Under the pieces are notes generated by a model. The model was not told the DNA's origin. It was given only the letters and a program-made list of their open reading frames with translations, and searched no databases. A stretch of DNA of 64,000 nucleotides from Centroscyllium fabricii. Its lineage: Eukaryota. The stretch is taken from NCBI GenBank assembly GCA_051313645.2, contig JBNRSN020000023.1:23684001-23748000 (forward strand), in the 5' to 3' direction. The position numbers and the translations under genes are program-made. Shown in pieces: positions 46,746 to 58,587 of the stretch. Every line of letters begins with the position of its first letter. Position 1 is the first letter of the stretch.

Positions 46746-47961
46746 GGGCCAGAAATTGCAGTGGAGCGCACCCGGTACTCCCGCAGGAAGCAAGCGCAAT
46801 GTTCCGGGTATGCGCTCGCACAGAGTATGTGCACGGAATGGGCTTTTCCGAGACCCAGCCAGAAGAGGCTGGAGTCTCGCACGCATGGAGCGATTTGCAC
46901 CAAAACATTCAGAGGTAAGTAGGGGGGATTCTGTGCTTTTCTGTGTGCAACTGGTCTTCCAGTTGCACGTGAGAAAAGGAGTCATAAACCGTCCGTAAGG
47001 GAGAGCACTGCGGTGAAGAAGATGGTAATGGAAGTGTTTAAATTTAATTTTAACTTTACGAGCTTTTAAATTAGTTTTATGCTGTTGTGTGGCCAGTAAT
47101 GAGTCTTTTTTTAGACTTTCTGTATGGTTAAAAAAAAAAATCAGGTTTTGCAGTGATGGATGTTTCACAAGCGATTGATTGCTTTGAAAGTATGCTTAAT
47201 TAGCAGAAGTTAAAAATTTGTTTAATGTTGTTGCTTTCACAGTGTTGAAGGATGGGTATCAATTTTAAGTTAATTAAATTAAAATGAAAAATGTAGCTTT
47301 CAGTGCTGTTTCTTTGGCCTTTCCGGTTATCTACTTATACACTCACTTTGCTTTCAGTGCTGTTTCTTTGGCCTGCTTAAAAGCTTTTCCTGTTAACTAT
47401 TTAACACTCACTTTGCTTAAAATGTCTTTAAATATATGATAAATATTTAAAATAACTTTAAAAATCTTTCAATGTTTCAAAAACTTAGCTAAACAGTGCT
47501 ACAAATGCAAAGAAAATAGAGCTACTTCCAGCCATTTTACCTTCATATTTAAACAGAATTAATAATAAAAGATTTCAGGTGTTCCACAGGACTTAAGAAA
47601 TTCTATGATAAATACTTTAAATGTTTCAAAAACTTAGCTAAACACTGCTACAAATGCAAAGAAAATACTTCACTTCTGTTTGAACGAGCTGCTGCCTTAC
47701 TGTGCTTCTTCACCAGTCTGTGTCAGCTGCAGGGGGCATGTCCATTCCAATCTGACCTTTGTGGGTGGGGCCTCCGACTTGCACCCGCACCACAGCAATG
47801 CACGAGATGCGCCCCTTGCCTGCCTGACCTGATACGCAGCCCAGGAAGGGAAAGAAAAATCTGAATGATCGAGCGCAAAAACGGCCAGAGTCCGGTGCGC
47901 TGCGTAAGTGCTCCGTATGGGCTTGCACTTGCAGCAAACACCGGACTCTAATTTCTGGGCC
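46746..47961. mobile_element. Non-coding TIR element (1216 bp), probably non-autonomous Harbinger
   Basis: TIRs GGGCCAGAAATT and AATTTCTGGGCC (11/12 match); 3-bp TSD att; GC-rich arms around an AT-rich core with direct repeats; CR1 ORF2 is contiguous across it. Confidence 0.8.
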
Positions 47962-50135
47962 ATTAAAATTGGCCTTCCCCCAATTTAGAACCTTTATTCC
48001 CGGTCCTTCTCTGTCCTTTTCCATGACTACCTTAAATCTCACCGAATTATGGTCACTGTCACCAAAGTGCTCTCCTACTTACACATCTACCACTTGCCCA
48101 GCCACATTCTGTAGAATTAGGTCCAGTACCGCCCCCTCTCATAGGACTGTCTACATGCTGGCTCAAAAAGCTCTCCTTGATGCACTTTAAGAATTCGGCA
48201 CCCTTTAAGCCTTTCACACTCTGATGATCCCAGTTAATATTGGGGATGTTGAAATCTCCTCCTATTATTACCCTATTATTTCCACACTTCTGAGATTTGC
48301 CTACATATCGGTTCCTCTATCTCCCCCTGACTGTTTGGGGGCCTATGGTACACCGCCAGCAAAGTGCTTGTCCCCTTTTTGTTTTAAAGTTCTACCCAGA
48401 TGGTCTCATTAGAGGAACCTGTTAATATATCATTCCTCCTTACAGCAGTAATTGACTCCTTGATTAATATTGCAACACCCCCTCCTCTTTTACACCCCCC
48501 TCTATCCCGCCTGAAGATTCTATACCCCGGAATATTGAGCTGCCAGTCCTGCCCCTCCTTCAAACATGTCTCTGTGATAGCAACAATATCATACTCCCAT
48601 GTGTTCATCAACATCTTCAATTCATCCACCTTATTCGCAAGACTCCTTGCATAAAATAAATGCCATCCAGCCTTGCCGTACTCCCTTGTGCCGTTGCATA
48701 TTTGCTCTGCCTTCCAGGCTGACTTGTTTTATCCTCTATTTGGCTGTGCGCCACCCCCTACTATAGTTCCACTCCATATCCCATCCCCCTGCCAAGTTAG
48801 TTTAAACCCCCCCAACAGTACTAGCAAACCCCCCTGCAAGGATGTTGGTCCCGTTCTGGTTCAGGTGCCACCCGTGTGACTTGCCCAAGTTCCAACTTCC
48901 CCAGAAGCAGACCCAGTGATCCAGGAAACTAAAGCCCTCCCTCCAGCACCAACTCTCTGGCCACGCATTCATCTACTCTATCCTCCTATTCCTATACTCA
49001 CTAGCACGTGGCACTGGGAGTAATCCAGAGATTACAACCTTTGAGGTCCTGCTCTTTAATCTGCTACCTAGCTCCCTAAATTCATGTTGCAGGACCTCAT
49101 CCCTCTTCCTACCCATGTCCTTGGTACCAATGTGAACCACAACCTCTGACTGTTTGCCCTCCCTCTTCAGAATGCCCTGCAACCAGTGACACACTTGACT
49201 CTGGCACGAGGGAGGCAACAAACCATCCTGGAGTCACGTCTATGGCCACAGAAATGCCTATCTGTTCCCCTTACGATAAAATCCCCTATCGCTATTGCTC
49301 TCCCACTCTTTTCTCCTCCCCTCCTGAACAGCAGAATCACCCCTGGTGCCAAGAAGTTGGCTACTGCTGCCTTCCTCTGATAAGTCATCACCATCAACAG
49401 TATCCAAATTGGTATACCTGTTTGAGAGGGGGCTGAGCACAGGGGTCCCCTGCACTATCTGCCTGCTTCTACTACTACAGCTGATGGTCACCCATTTCCC
49501 TTCTGTCTGTGCAGCCCTTACCTGTGGTGTGACCAGCTCACTAAACATGCTATCCACAACCCTCTCATCATCGTGAATGCGCCAGTGGACATCCATCTGC
49601 AGCTCCAGTGCCGCAAAGCAGTCTGCTAGTATCTGCAACTGGATACATTTCTGGCACACATGGTCATCAGGGACAGTGGCAGTGTCCCTGAATTCCCACA
49701 TAGTGCAGGTGGAGCATAACACGGGGATGGGCTGTCCTGACATGACGTACACTTTAATAGATTTAAATTAAGCCACACCACCAATTAAATGATGTGCTTG
49801 CCTGTCAGCAGTCCCTGCTACACTACAGAGACCCTAGAAACTATAAACCACAGAATTGAAGATTTTGTAAAAACGGATAAAGGGAGTACTCACCAACCAA
49901 TCACTTACCTGCTTTCTGGTGACATCACACTTTGATTACTTTTTACCTCTCCCTCCTGCTGCTGAATTGGTAGGCCTTGCTCCTCATCACTTTTGTAGCC
50001 TCTGCTGCTGCCTCGCCGCTCAAGCCACAACCAGGTCTGCTCCACACTACCGCTGTGGTCTGGGCCTTGTTCCTTGCTGCTTTTGTAGCCTCCACTGCTG
50101 CCTCGTTGCTCAAGCCACACCCAGGTCCGCTCTGC

Positions 50136-50652
50136 GCTGGTATTGTGGTTGGAGCTGGTATTGGGGTTGATCTGGTGTTGGTATCGGGGATGGTGTTTGT
50201 TTTGGTTTTGGTGTTTTTATTGGTTTTGGGTGCTGGTATTGGGCTGGTGTTTGTATTGGTGTTGGTGATGGTACTGGGGTTGGTATTGGTATTAGGTTCG
50301 TTTTGGTATTGGTATTGGGGATGAGGTTGGTGTTGGTATTGGGGCTGGTGTTGGGGTAGTGGTTGGGGTTGTGGTTGGTGTTGCTATTGTGGTTGGTGTT
50401 GGTTTTGGTGTTTGCATTGGGGCTGGTATTGGTTTTGGGGTTAGTGTTGGTGTTGGGGTTGGTTTTGGTAATGTTTCTGTGTTGGTACTGGGTTTGGTGT
50501 TGGTATTGGTGTTGTTGGTATTCGGATTGGTGATTGTATGGGGGCTGGTGTTGGTATTCGGGATTGTGTTGGGTTTGAGGTTGGTGTTGGTATTCAAATT
50601 GGTGTTGGTATTAGGGTTGGTGTTGATATTGGGATGGTTTGGGGGTTGGGTT
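50136..50652. repeat. G/T-rich hexamer satellite
   Basis: Same periodicity. Confidence 0.9.
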
Positions 50653-52150
50653 ATAGGAGCAGGAGTAGGCCATTCAGCCCCTCACGCCTGCTCTGCCATT
50701 CGATGAGATCATGGCTGATCATCCAAACTCGGTACCCTGCACCTGCCTTCTCCCCATATCCCTTGATACCTTTAGCTCTAAGAACTATATATAACACCTT
50801 CTTAAATACCATTAGCTCTAAGAACTATATATAACTCCTTCTTAAATATATTTAATGACTTGGTCTCAACTACATTCTGTGGTAGAGAATTCCACAGGTT
50901 CACCACTCTCTGGGTGAAGAAATTCTTCCTCATCTCTGTCCTGAATAGCTTACCCCTAATCCTTAGACTGTGACCCCTGGTTCTGGACTCTCTGACCATC
51001 GGGAACATTCTTCCTGCATCTAGTTTGTCCAGATCTGTCAGAATTTGATACGTTTTGATGAGATCCCCTCTCATTCTTCAAAACTCCAGCAAGTATAAAC
51101 CCAATCGACCCAATCTCTCCTTGTACGTCATTCCTGCCATCCCAGGAATCAGCCTTGTGAACCTTCGCTGAACTCCTTCCATGGCAAAAACATCCTTCCT
51201 CAGATAAGGTGACCAAAACTGCACACAGTAATCAAGGTGTGGTCTCACCAAGGCCCTGTACAACTGCAGCAGGACATCCTTGTTCCTATACTCAAACCCT
51301 TTCGCTATGAAGGCCAACATACCATGTGCCGCCTTCACCCTTGCCTTCAACGACTGGTACACAAGAACACCCAGATCTCGTTGCACTTCCCCGTCTCCCA
51401 ATCTATTTCCATTCAGATAATAGTCTGCCTTTCTGTTTTTGTCACCAAAGTGGATAACCTCGCATTTATCCATGTTATATTGCATCTGCCATGCTTCTGC
51501 CCAATCACACAACCTGCCCAAATCATCCTGAAGTTTCTCTGCATCCTCCTCACAGCACACATGCACACCCAGCTTTGTGTTGTCTGCAAACTTGGAGATA
51601 TTACATCTAGTTCCCTTATCTAGGTCGTTAATATATATCGTAAATAGTTGGGGTCCTCGCACTGATCCCTGCGGTACCCCACTAGTCACTGCCTGCCACT
51701 CGGAAAAAGACCGTTAATTCCTACTCTCTGCTTTCTGTCCGCCAACCAGTTCTCTTTCCAAGTCAATACCTTGCCTCCAATCCCATTTGCTTAACTTTAC
51801 ACACTAATCTCTTATGCGGGACCTTATTGAAAGCCTTTTGAAAGTCCAAATATACCACATCTACTGGTTCTCCCTTATCTATTTTCCCAGTTACATCCTC
51901 AAATCTCCAGTAGATTAGTCAAGCACGATTTACCTTTTGTAAATCCATGTTGACTTTGTCTGATCCTGTCACTGTTTTCCAAGTGCTCAGCTATTACATC
52001 GTTTATAATGGACTCTAGCATTTTCCACACTGTCAATGTCTGTAATTCCCTGCTTTCTCTCTACCACCCTTTTTGAATAGTGGGGTAACATTAGCTACCC
52101 TCCAATCCATGGGTACAGTTCCAGATTCCAGTGAAAGATGATCAGTAACG

Positions 52151-52183
<33 letters not shown>

Positions 52184-52517
52184 GGATGGGAGACCATCGG
52201 GGAAGACCAGGTGCAATAGCAGGCAGTGACCACGGAGGAGGCGCTAACGCGCGGTCAAAAAGCAGACCGTTAACCGGTCTGTTAAAAACTCCATCCACCA
52301 CTTCGAAAGAAGATACGACAAGAAGAAATAATGCATCCACTATTTCTAGGGCCACTTCCTTAAGTACCCTAGGATGTAGATTATCCGACCCTGGGGATTT
52401 ATCGGCCTTTAATCCCGTCCGTTTCCCTAACACCATCTCCCTACAAATACTGATTTCTTTCAGTTCCTCCCTTTCATCAGACCCTATGTTCTCCAACATC
52501 TCAGAGGGTATTTGTGT
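50653..52517 (-). mobile_element. 5'-truncated CR1 LINE (RT and 3'UTR)
   Basis: SGVPQGSVRGP..KFADNTKLG..RALVRPHLDYCVQFWSP; DKSPGSDNLHPRVLKE; 3' end ataggagcaggagtaggcc; ~41-bp tandem duplication at ~50772-50850. Confidence 0.9.
52149..52328 (+). mobile_element. 5'-truncated 5S rRNA-derived SINE (SINE3-like) inserted in CR1
   Basis: cggaagctaagcagagtcaggcctggtcagtacttggatgggagacc matches the 5S internal control region (box A, IE, box C). It is followed by ~105 nt of unrelated structured sequence and a GAA-rich tail; taa flanks both ends. Confidence 0.75.
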
Positions 52518-55500
52518 TCTCTGGGCGGTTATTTGTGTTCTATTGTGCTTGGTGTTTGTTTTGGGGTTGGTGTTGCAGTTGGTGTTGGCACTGGAGTTGG
52601 TTTGGGGATTAGGCTTGGTGTTGGTTTTGGGTTTGTGTTGGTATTTGGCTTGGTGTTGGATTTGGGGTTGATGTTGATATTGGGGTTGGTATTGGGCTTG
52701 CTGTTGGTATTGGGGTTGGTGTTTGTATTGGGGTTCGTATTTGTATTGGGGTTGTACTGGTTTTGGGGTTGGTCTTGGGGTTGGTATGGAGGTTGGTGTT
52801 GGTATGGAGGTTGGTGTTGGTATGGAGGTTGGTGTTGATATTGGGGTTGGTGTTGGTATTGGGGTTGGTGTTGGTTTTGGGCTTGGTGTTGGTATTTGGT
52901 TTGGTGGTGACATTGGGTTTGGTGTTGGTATTGGGTTTGGTGTTGGTATTGGGATTCGTGTTGCTATTGGGGTGTTGTTTGTATTGGGTTTGGTGTTGGT
53001 ATTGTGGTTGGTGTTTGTATTGGTTTTGGTGCTATTGGGGCTGGTGGTGTTATTGGGGTTGGTGTTGACAGTGGGGTTGGGTTTGGTATTGGGGTTAGTG
53101 TTCACATTGGGGGTGGTGTTGGTATTGGAGTTGATGTTGGCATTGGAGTAGCTGCTGTTGGGGTTGGTGTTGTGGTTCGTGTTGGTATTGGGTTTTGTGT
53201 TGAGTTGGTGTTAATATTGGCATTGGTGTTGATTTTGAGGTCTGTTTGTATTGGTGTTGGGGTTGGTATTGGGTTTCGTGTTTGTATTGGAGTTGTTTTT
53301 TTTATTGATTTTGGTGTTTATATTGGGTTTGGTGTTGGGGTATGTGTTGGTATTGGGGTTGGTATTGATGTTGGTGTAGGTATTGGGATTGGTGTTGGTA
53401 CTAGGGTTGGTGTTGGGACTGGTGTTGGTATTGGTGTTCGTGTTGACATTGGGGTTGGTGTTGGTATTTGGATAGTTAGAATTGGGTTTGCTTTTGGTGT
53501 TGGGGCTGGTGTTGGTACTGGAGCTGGTGTTGGTATTTGGGCTGGTGTTGGCATTGGGGTTGGTGTTGACATTGGGGTTGGTTCTGGTCTTGGGATTGGT
53601 GGTGGTATTTGGGTTGGTGGTGGTATTGAGATTTGTAGCTATTGGAGCTGGTGTTCATATTGGCTTTGGTGTTGACATTGGGGTTGGTTTTGGTGTTGCT
53701 ATTGCGTTTGGTGTTGGTATAGGGTTTGGTGTTGGTATTGGGGCTGGTGTTGGTTTTGGTTTTGACACTGGGGTTGGTGTTGGTATTGGGGTTGGTGCTG
53801 GTGTCGGGGCTGTTGTGTGGTGTTGGTATTGGGGCTGGGATTGGGATTGGGGCTGTGGGTGCTATTGGGGTTGGTGTTGACATTGAGTTTGGGGTTTGTA
53901 TTGGTGTTGGTAGTGGGTTTGGTGTTGGGGTTGGTGTCGGTGTTGGGTATCATGTTTGTATTGAGTTTGGTGTATGTATTGGGGTTGTGGTTTTTGTTGG
54001 TGTTGGTGTTTCTATTGGGTTTGTTGTTGCTATTGGGGTTGGCCTTGGGTTTAATGTTGGTGTTTGTATTGGGGTTGTTGTTGCAATTGGGGCTGGTGTG
54101 GGTATTGGGTTTTGTGCTGGTATTGGGTTTGTTGTAGACATTGTGGTTGGTGGCGCTAATGGGGTTGGTGTTGGTCGTGGTATTGGTGTTGATAGTCATT
54201 AGGTTTGGTGTTGGTATTGTCTTTGGTGTTGGTATTGGTGTTGTTGTTGGTATTGGGTTTGGGGCTGGTGTTGGTATTGGGGTTGTTAGTTTTGGGGTTG
54301 GTGTTGGTATTGGGGTTGGTGTTGGGTTTGGGCTAGGTGTTATCGTGGCTGGTGTTGATTTTGGTGTTGGTGTTGCTTTCGAGATTGGTGTTGGGTTGGA
54401 TGTTGGTGCTGGTATCTGGTTGTATTGTGGTTGGTGTTGGTATTGGGGTTGGTGTAGGTATTGGGGCTGGTGATGGTATTGGACTTGGTATTGGGCTACT
54501 GGTATTGGGGTTGGTGTTTGGGTTGGTGTTGGTATTGGGGCTGTGGTTGGTATTGAAGCTGGTGTAGGTGTTGGTATTGGGATTGGTGTTAATATTGGGG
54601 TAGGGGTTGGTATCGGGGTACGTGTTGAAATTAGGGTTGGTGTTGGGGTGGGTGTTGGTACTGGGGTTGGGGTTGGCCTTGGTATTGGGGTTGGTGGTTG
54701 TTTTGGTGTTGGTGTTTTTATTGGGGTTGGTGTTGGTATTGGGGTTGGTGTTGGTATTGGGGTTGGTGTTGGAGCTGTGGTTGGTATTGGGGTTGGCGTT
54801 GGTATTGGGGTTGGTGTTGGAGCTGTGGTTGGTATTGGTGTAGGTGTTAGTATTGGGGTTGGTATTGGGTTTGGTGTTGACATTAGGGCGGGTTTTGTGT
54901 TTATATTGGGGTGGGTGTTGTTTCTGGGGTTCGTGTTTGTGTTGGTATTGGGTTGGTGTTGGTATTGGGTTGCGTGGTGTTATATGGGCTGCTGTTGGTG
55001 TTGGTGTTTGTATTGGTGTTGGTGTTTGGGTTGTGTTGGTATTGGGGTTTGTGTGGGTAATTGGCTTGATGTTGGTATTGGGTTTGGTGTTGCTATTGGT
55101 GTTGGTATTGGTGCTGGTGTTGGGGTTGGTGTTGTTATTGGGGTTGTTCAAGTTGGGTTGTTGGTATTGGGGTTTGGTGTGGGTATTTGGCTTGGGGTTG
55201 GTATTGGAGTTGGTAATGGGGCTGGTGTTGGGGTTGGTATTGTGGTTGTTGGTATTGGGTTTGTTGGTATTGGGGCTGGTGTTGCTATTGGGGTTGGTGT
55301 TTGTATTGGGGTTGTCATTCATGTTGGTGTTTTCGTTTGAGTTGGGTTTTGTGTTGGTATTGGAGTTGATGTTGGTATTGTGATTGGTCTTGGTATTGGC
55401 CTTGGTGCTAGTATTGGTATTGGGGCTGCTATTGGTAGTGGGGTTGGTGTTGGTATTTGGGTTGGTGTTGCAATTGGTACTGGTGTTGGAGTTGGTATTA

Positions 55501-58086
55501 GGGTTATTATTGGTATTGGTTTTGTTGTTGGAAGTTGATATTGCCGTTGGTGTTATTAGGGTTGATGTTGATATGGGGGTTGATGTTGGTATTGTGATTG
55601 GTGTTGGTATTGGGGCTGGTGTTATATTGGAGTTGATGTTGGTACTGGGGATGGTGTTGGGGTATGTGTTGGTATTGATGCTTTTGGAGCTGGTGTTGGT
55701 ATTGGGTTTGGTGTTGGTATTGGGATGGTGTTGGTATTGGGTTGTCATTTGTGTTGGGGTGGTGTTAGTATTGGGGTTGGTATTTGGGTTGATGTTGATA
55801 TTGGAGTTGGTGTTGGTATTGGGATTTGGGTTGGTGTTGGCATTGGGTCTATGGTTGGTACTGGAGTTGGTGTAGGTGTTGGGGTTGGTGTTAATATTGG
55901 AGTAGGGGTTGGTATCGGGGTACATGTTGAAATTAGGGTTGGTGTTGGGGTGAGTGGTGTTGGTATTGGGGTTCTTATTGGGGTTGGTGTAGGTTTTGGG
56001 GTTGTTGGTATTGCGGTTGGTGTTTGGTCTGGGCTAAGTGTTGGTATCGTGGTTGGTGTTCATTTTGGTGTTGCAGTTGGTGTTGCTTTCGAGATTGGTG
56101 TTGGGTGAATGTTGGTGTTGGTATCAAGTTGATGTTTGTATTGTGGTTGGTGTAGGTAATGGGGCTGGTTTTGGGGCTGGTGATGGTATTCGAGTTGGTG
56201 TTGGTATTGGGACTGCTGGTATTGAAGTTGGTATTGGGGCTGCTGGTATTGAGGTTGGTGTTGATATTGGGGTTGGTATTTGGGTTGGTGTTGGTATTGG
56301 GGCTGTGGTTGGTATTGAAGTTGGTGTAGGTGTTGGTATTCGGGTTGGTGTTGGTATTGGGGTTGGTCTTGGTATTGGGGTTGGTGTTTGTATTGGGGTT
56401 TGTGTTTCTGGGGTTGGTGTTTGTGTTGGGGTTGGTGTTTGTGTTGGGGTTGGTGTTTGTGTTGGGGTTGGTGTTTGTGTTGGGGTTGGTGTTTGTGTTG
56501 GGGTTGGTATTTGTGTTGGGGTTGGTGTTGGTATTGGGTTGCGTGTTAATGGGGCTGGTGTTGCTATTGGATCTGGTGTTGGTATTGGTGCTGGTGTTGG
56601 GGTTGGTATTGGGGTTGTTGGTATTGGGTTTGTTGTTGGTCTTGTGGCTGGTGTTGCTATTCGGGTTGGTGTTGGTATTGGGGTTGTCGTTCATGTTGGT
56701 GTTATTGTTTGAGTTGGTATTGGAGTTGGTGTTGGTATTGTGATTGGTCTTGGTATTGGTGGTATTGGGGCTGCTATTGGTAGTGGGGTTGGTGTTGTAA
56801 TTGGTGTTGGTATTAGGGTTATTATTGGCATTGGGGTTGGTTTTGTTGTTGGAAGTTGATATTGCCATTGGTGCGGGTATTGGTTTGGTGTTTTTATTGG
56901 GGTTGATGTTGGTATTGGGGATGGTATTGGAGTTGGTGTCAATATTGGGGTTGGTCTGGTATTGGTTTTGGTGTGGTATTGGCATTGGTGTTGGCATAGG
57001 GGTCGGTGTGGTATTCAGGTTGGTGGTGGTATCAGGGATGGTATTGGCGTTGGTATTGGTATTGGGTTTGGCATTGGGGTTGATGTTAGTAATTGGGCTG
57101 GTGTTGGTATTGGGGTTGGTATTGCGACTGCTGGTATTGGGGCTGGTGTTGGTATTGTGGTTGTTGTTGGTATTGGGTTTGTTGTTGGTATTGGGTTTAA
57201 TGTTCATATTGGGGTTGGTATTGGTATTGTGGTTGTTGTTGGTATTGTGGTTGTTGTTGGTATTGGTATTGGTGTTGGTATTGTGGCTGGTGTTGCTATT
57301 GGTGCTGGTGTTGCTATTGGTGTTGGTATTGAGGTTCTCATTCATGTTGGTGTTTGTATTGGTTTGTGTGGGTGTTGCGATTGTGGTTGGTGTTGGGATT
57401 GGGGTTGGCTTTGGTGCAGTTATTGGAGTTGTTGTTGGGGTTGATGCTGGTATTGCGGCTGGGGTTAGTATTGGGGCTGGTGTTGGTATTGTGGTTGGTG
57501 GTTGGGTTGGTATTAGTGTTCCTGTTGGTATTGGGGTTGGTATTGTTATGGCGTTTGTTGTTGGTATTTGGGTTGGTGTTGGCATTGGCGTTCATGTTGG
57601 GTTTGGGGATGTTTTTGATGGAGTTGGTGTTTTGTATTGGGGTTGGGATTGGTGTAGTGTTGGTATTGTGGTTGGTATCTGTGTTAGTGGGATTCCTATT
57701 GGTGTTGGTATTGTGGTTGGTGGTGGTATTGGGCGTTGGTGTTAGTATTCGGGCTGGTGTGGTTATTTGGGTTGGTTGTTATTGTGGTTGGTGTTGGGAT
57801 TGGTGTTGGTATTTACCATTGGTGTTGGTATTGGAGTTGTTATTGGGGTTGATGTTCATATTGCAGCTGGGGTTAGTATTGGGGCTGGTGCTGGTATTGT
57901 GGTTGGTGTTTGTAATTGGGCTGGGGTTGGTATTAGGGTTCCTGTTGGTATTGGGGTTGGTGTTGCTATTGGGGTTGTTGGGATTGGAGTTGTTGTTGGT
58001 GTTGTGGTATTGTGGCTGGAGTTGGTATTGGGGTTGATGTTGGTATTAGGGTTGGCGGTGGTATTGGGGTTGTTATTTAGGTTGGT
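52518..58086. repeat. G/T-rich hexamer satellite
   Basis: Same periodicity; duplicated block with ~1.3 kb spacing (landmark at ~54585 and ~55888). Confidence 0.95.
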
Positions 58087-58587
58087 GGGGGCATAATCTT
58101 AAAATAAGGGGCTACCATTTCAAAACTGAGATGAGGGTGAACTTCTTTACTCAGAGGGTGGTGCGGCTGTGGAATTTGCTGCCCCAGAGAGCTGTAGAAG
58201 CTACTACGTTGAATAAATTTAAAACTGAGATAGACAGTTTCCTGGAATTAAAGGGAATTAGGGGTTATGGTGAACGGGCTGGTAAGTGGACGTGAGGCTA
58301 GGTTCAGATCGGCCATGTGATCTCCTGGACCAGTTTTCGATCGCCTAGATGGGTCGGAGAGGAATTTTCCTGATTTATTTATTTTTTTTCTCCAAAATTG
58401 GCTACTTTTTTTTTTAATCTGGTTTTTCACCTCTCCCAGGTGATCACATTGGTCTGGGCGGGGTGGAGAGTAAAAATAAAATTGAGGTTAGGATCAGATC
58501 AGCCATGATCTTGTTGAATGGCGGAGCAGGCTCGAGGGGCCGATTGGCCTACTCCTGCTCCTATTTCTTATGTTCTTATGTTCTTAT
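58087..58587 (+). mobile_element. CR1 LINE 3' end (ORF2 C-terminus, 3'UTR and tail)
   Basis: GHNLKIRG..EMRVNFFTQRVVRLWNLLP; tail tcttatgt repeats; homologous to 62240-62720. Confidence 0.85.

Larger units (their letters stand above)
40397..50135 (-). mobile_element. Near full-length CR1-clade LINE (ORF1 zinc finger/esterase, ORF2 EN-RT) with nested inserts
   Basis: The tail catagagtcata at 40397-40408 resumes at ~44580. RT: SQHGFVKGRSCLTN..VYMDFSKAFDKV..GVPQGLVLGP..KFADDT. EN: YDIVAITETCL..GGGVAILIKE. ORF1: CSTCTMWE..CQKC, IGDFIVRG, VVVHIGTKD. 90-bp 5'UTR tandem repeat at 49991/50081. An 11-bp duplication at ~45860 shifts the frame. Confidence 0.9.

Noticed and set aside
52149-52222. Functional 5S rRNA gene
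   Set aside because: The 5' ~45 nt are missing, the 3' end is diverged, there is no oligo-T terminator, and it is embedded in a CR1.
52155-53105. 316-aa satellite-CR1-SINE chimeric ORF
   Set aside because: Chance read-through from the stop-poor satellite strand; no evidence of a promoter or of selection.
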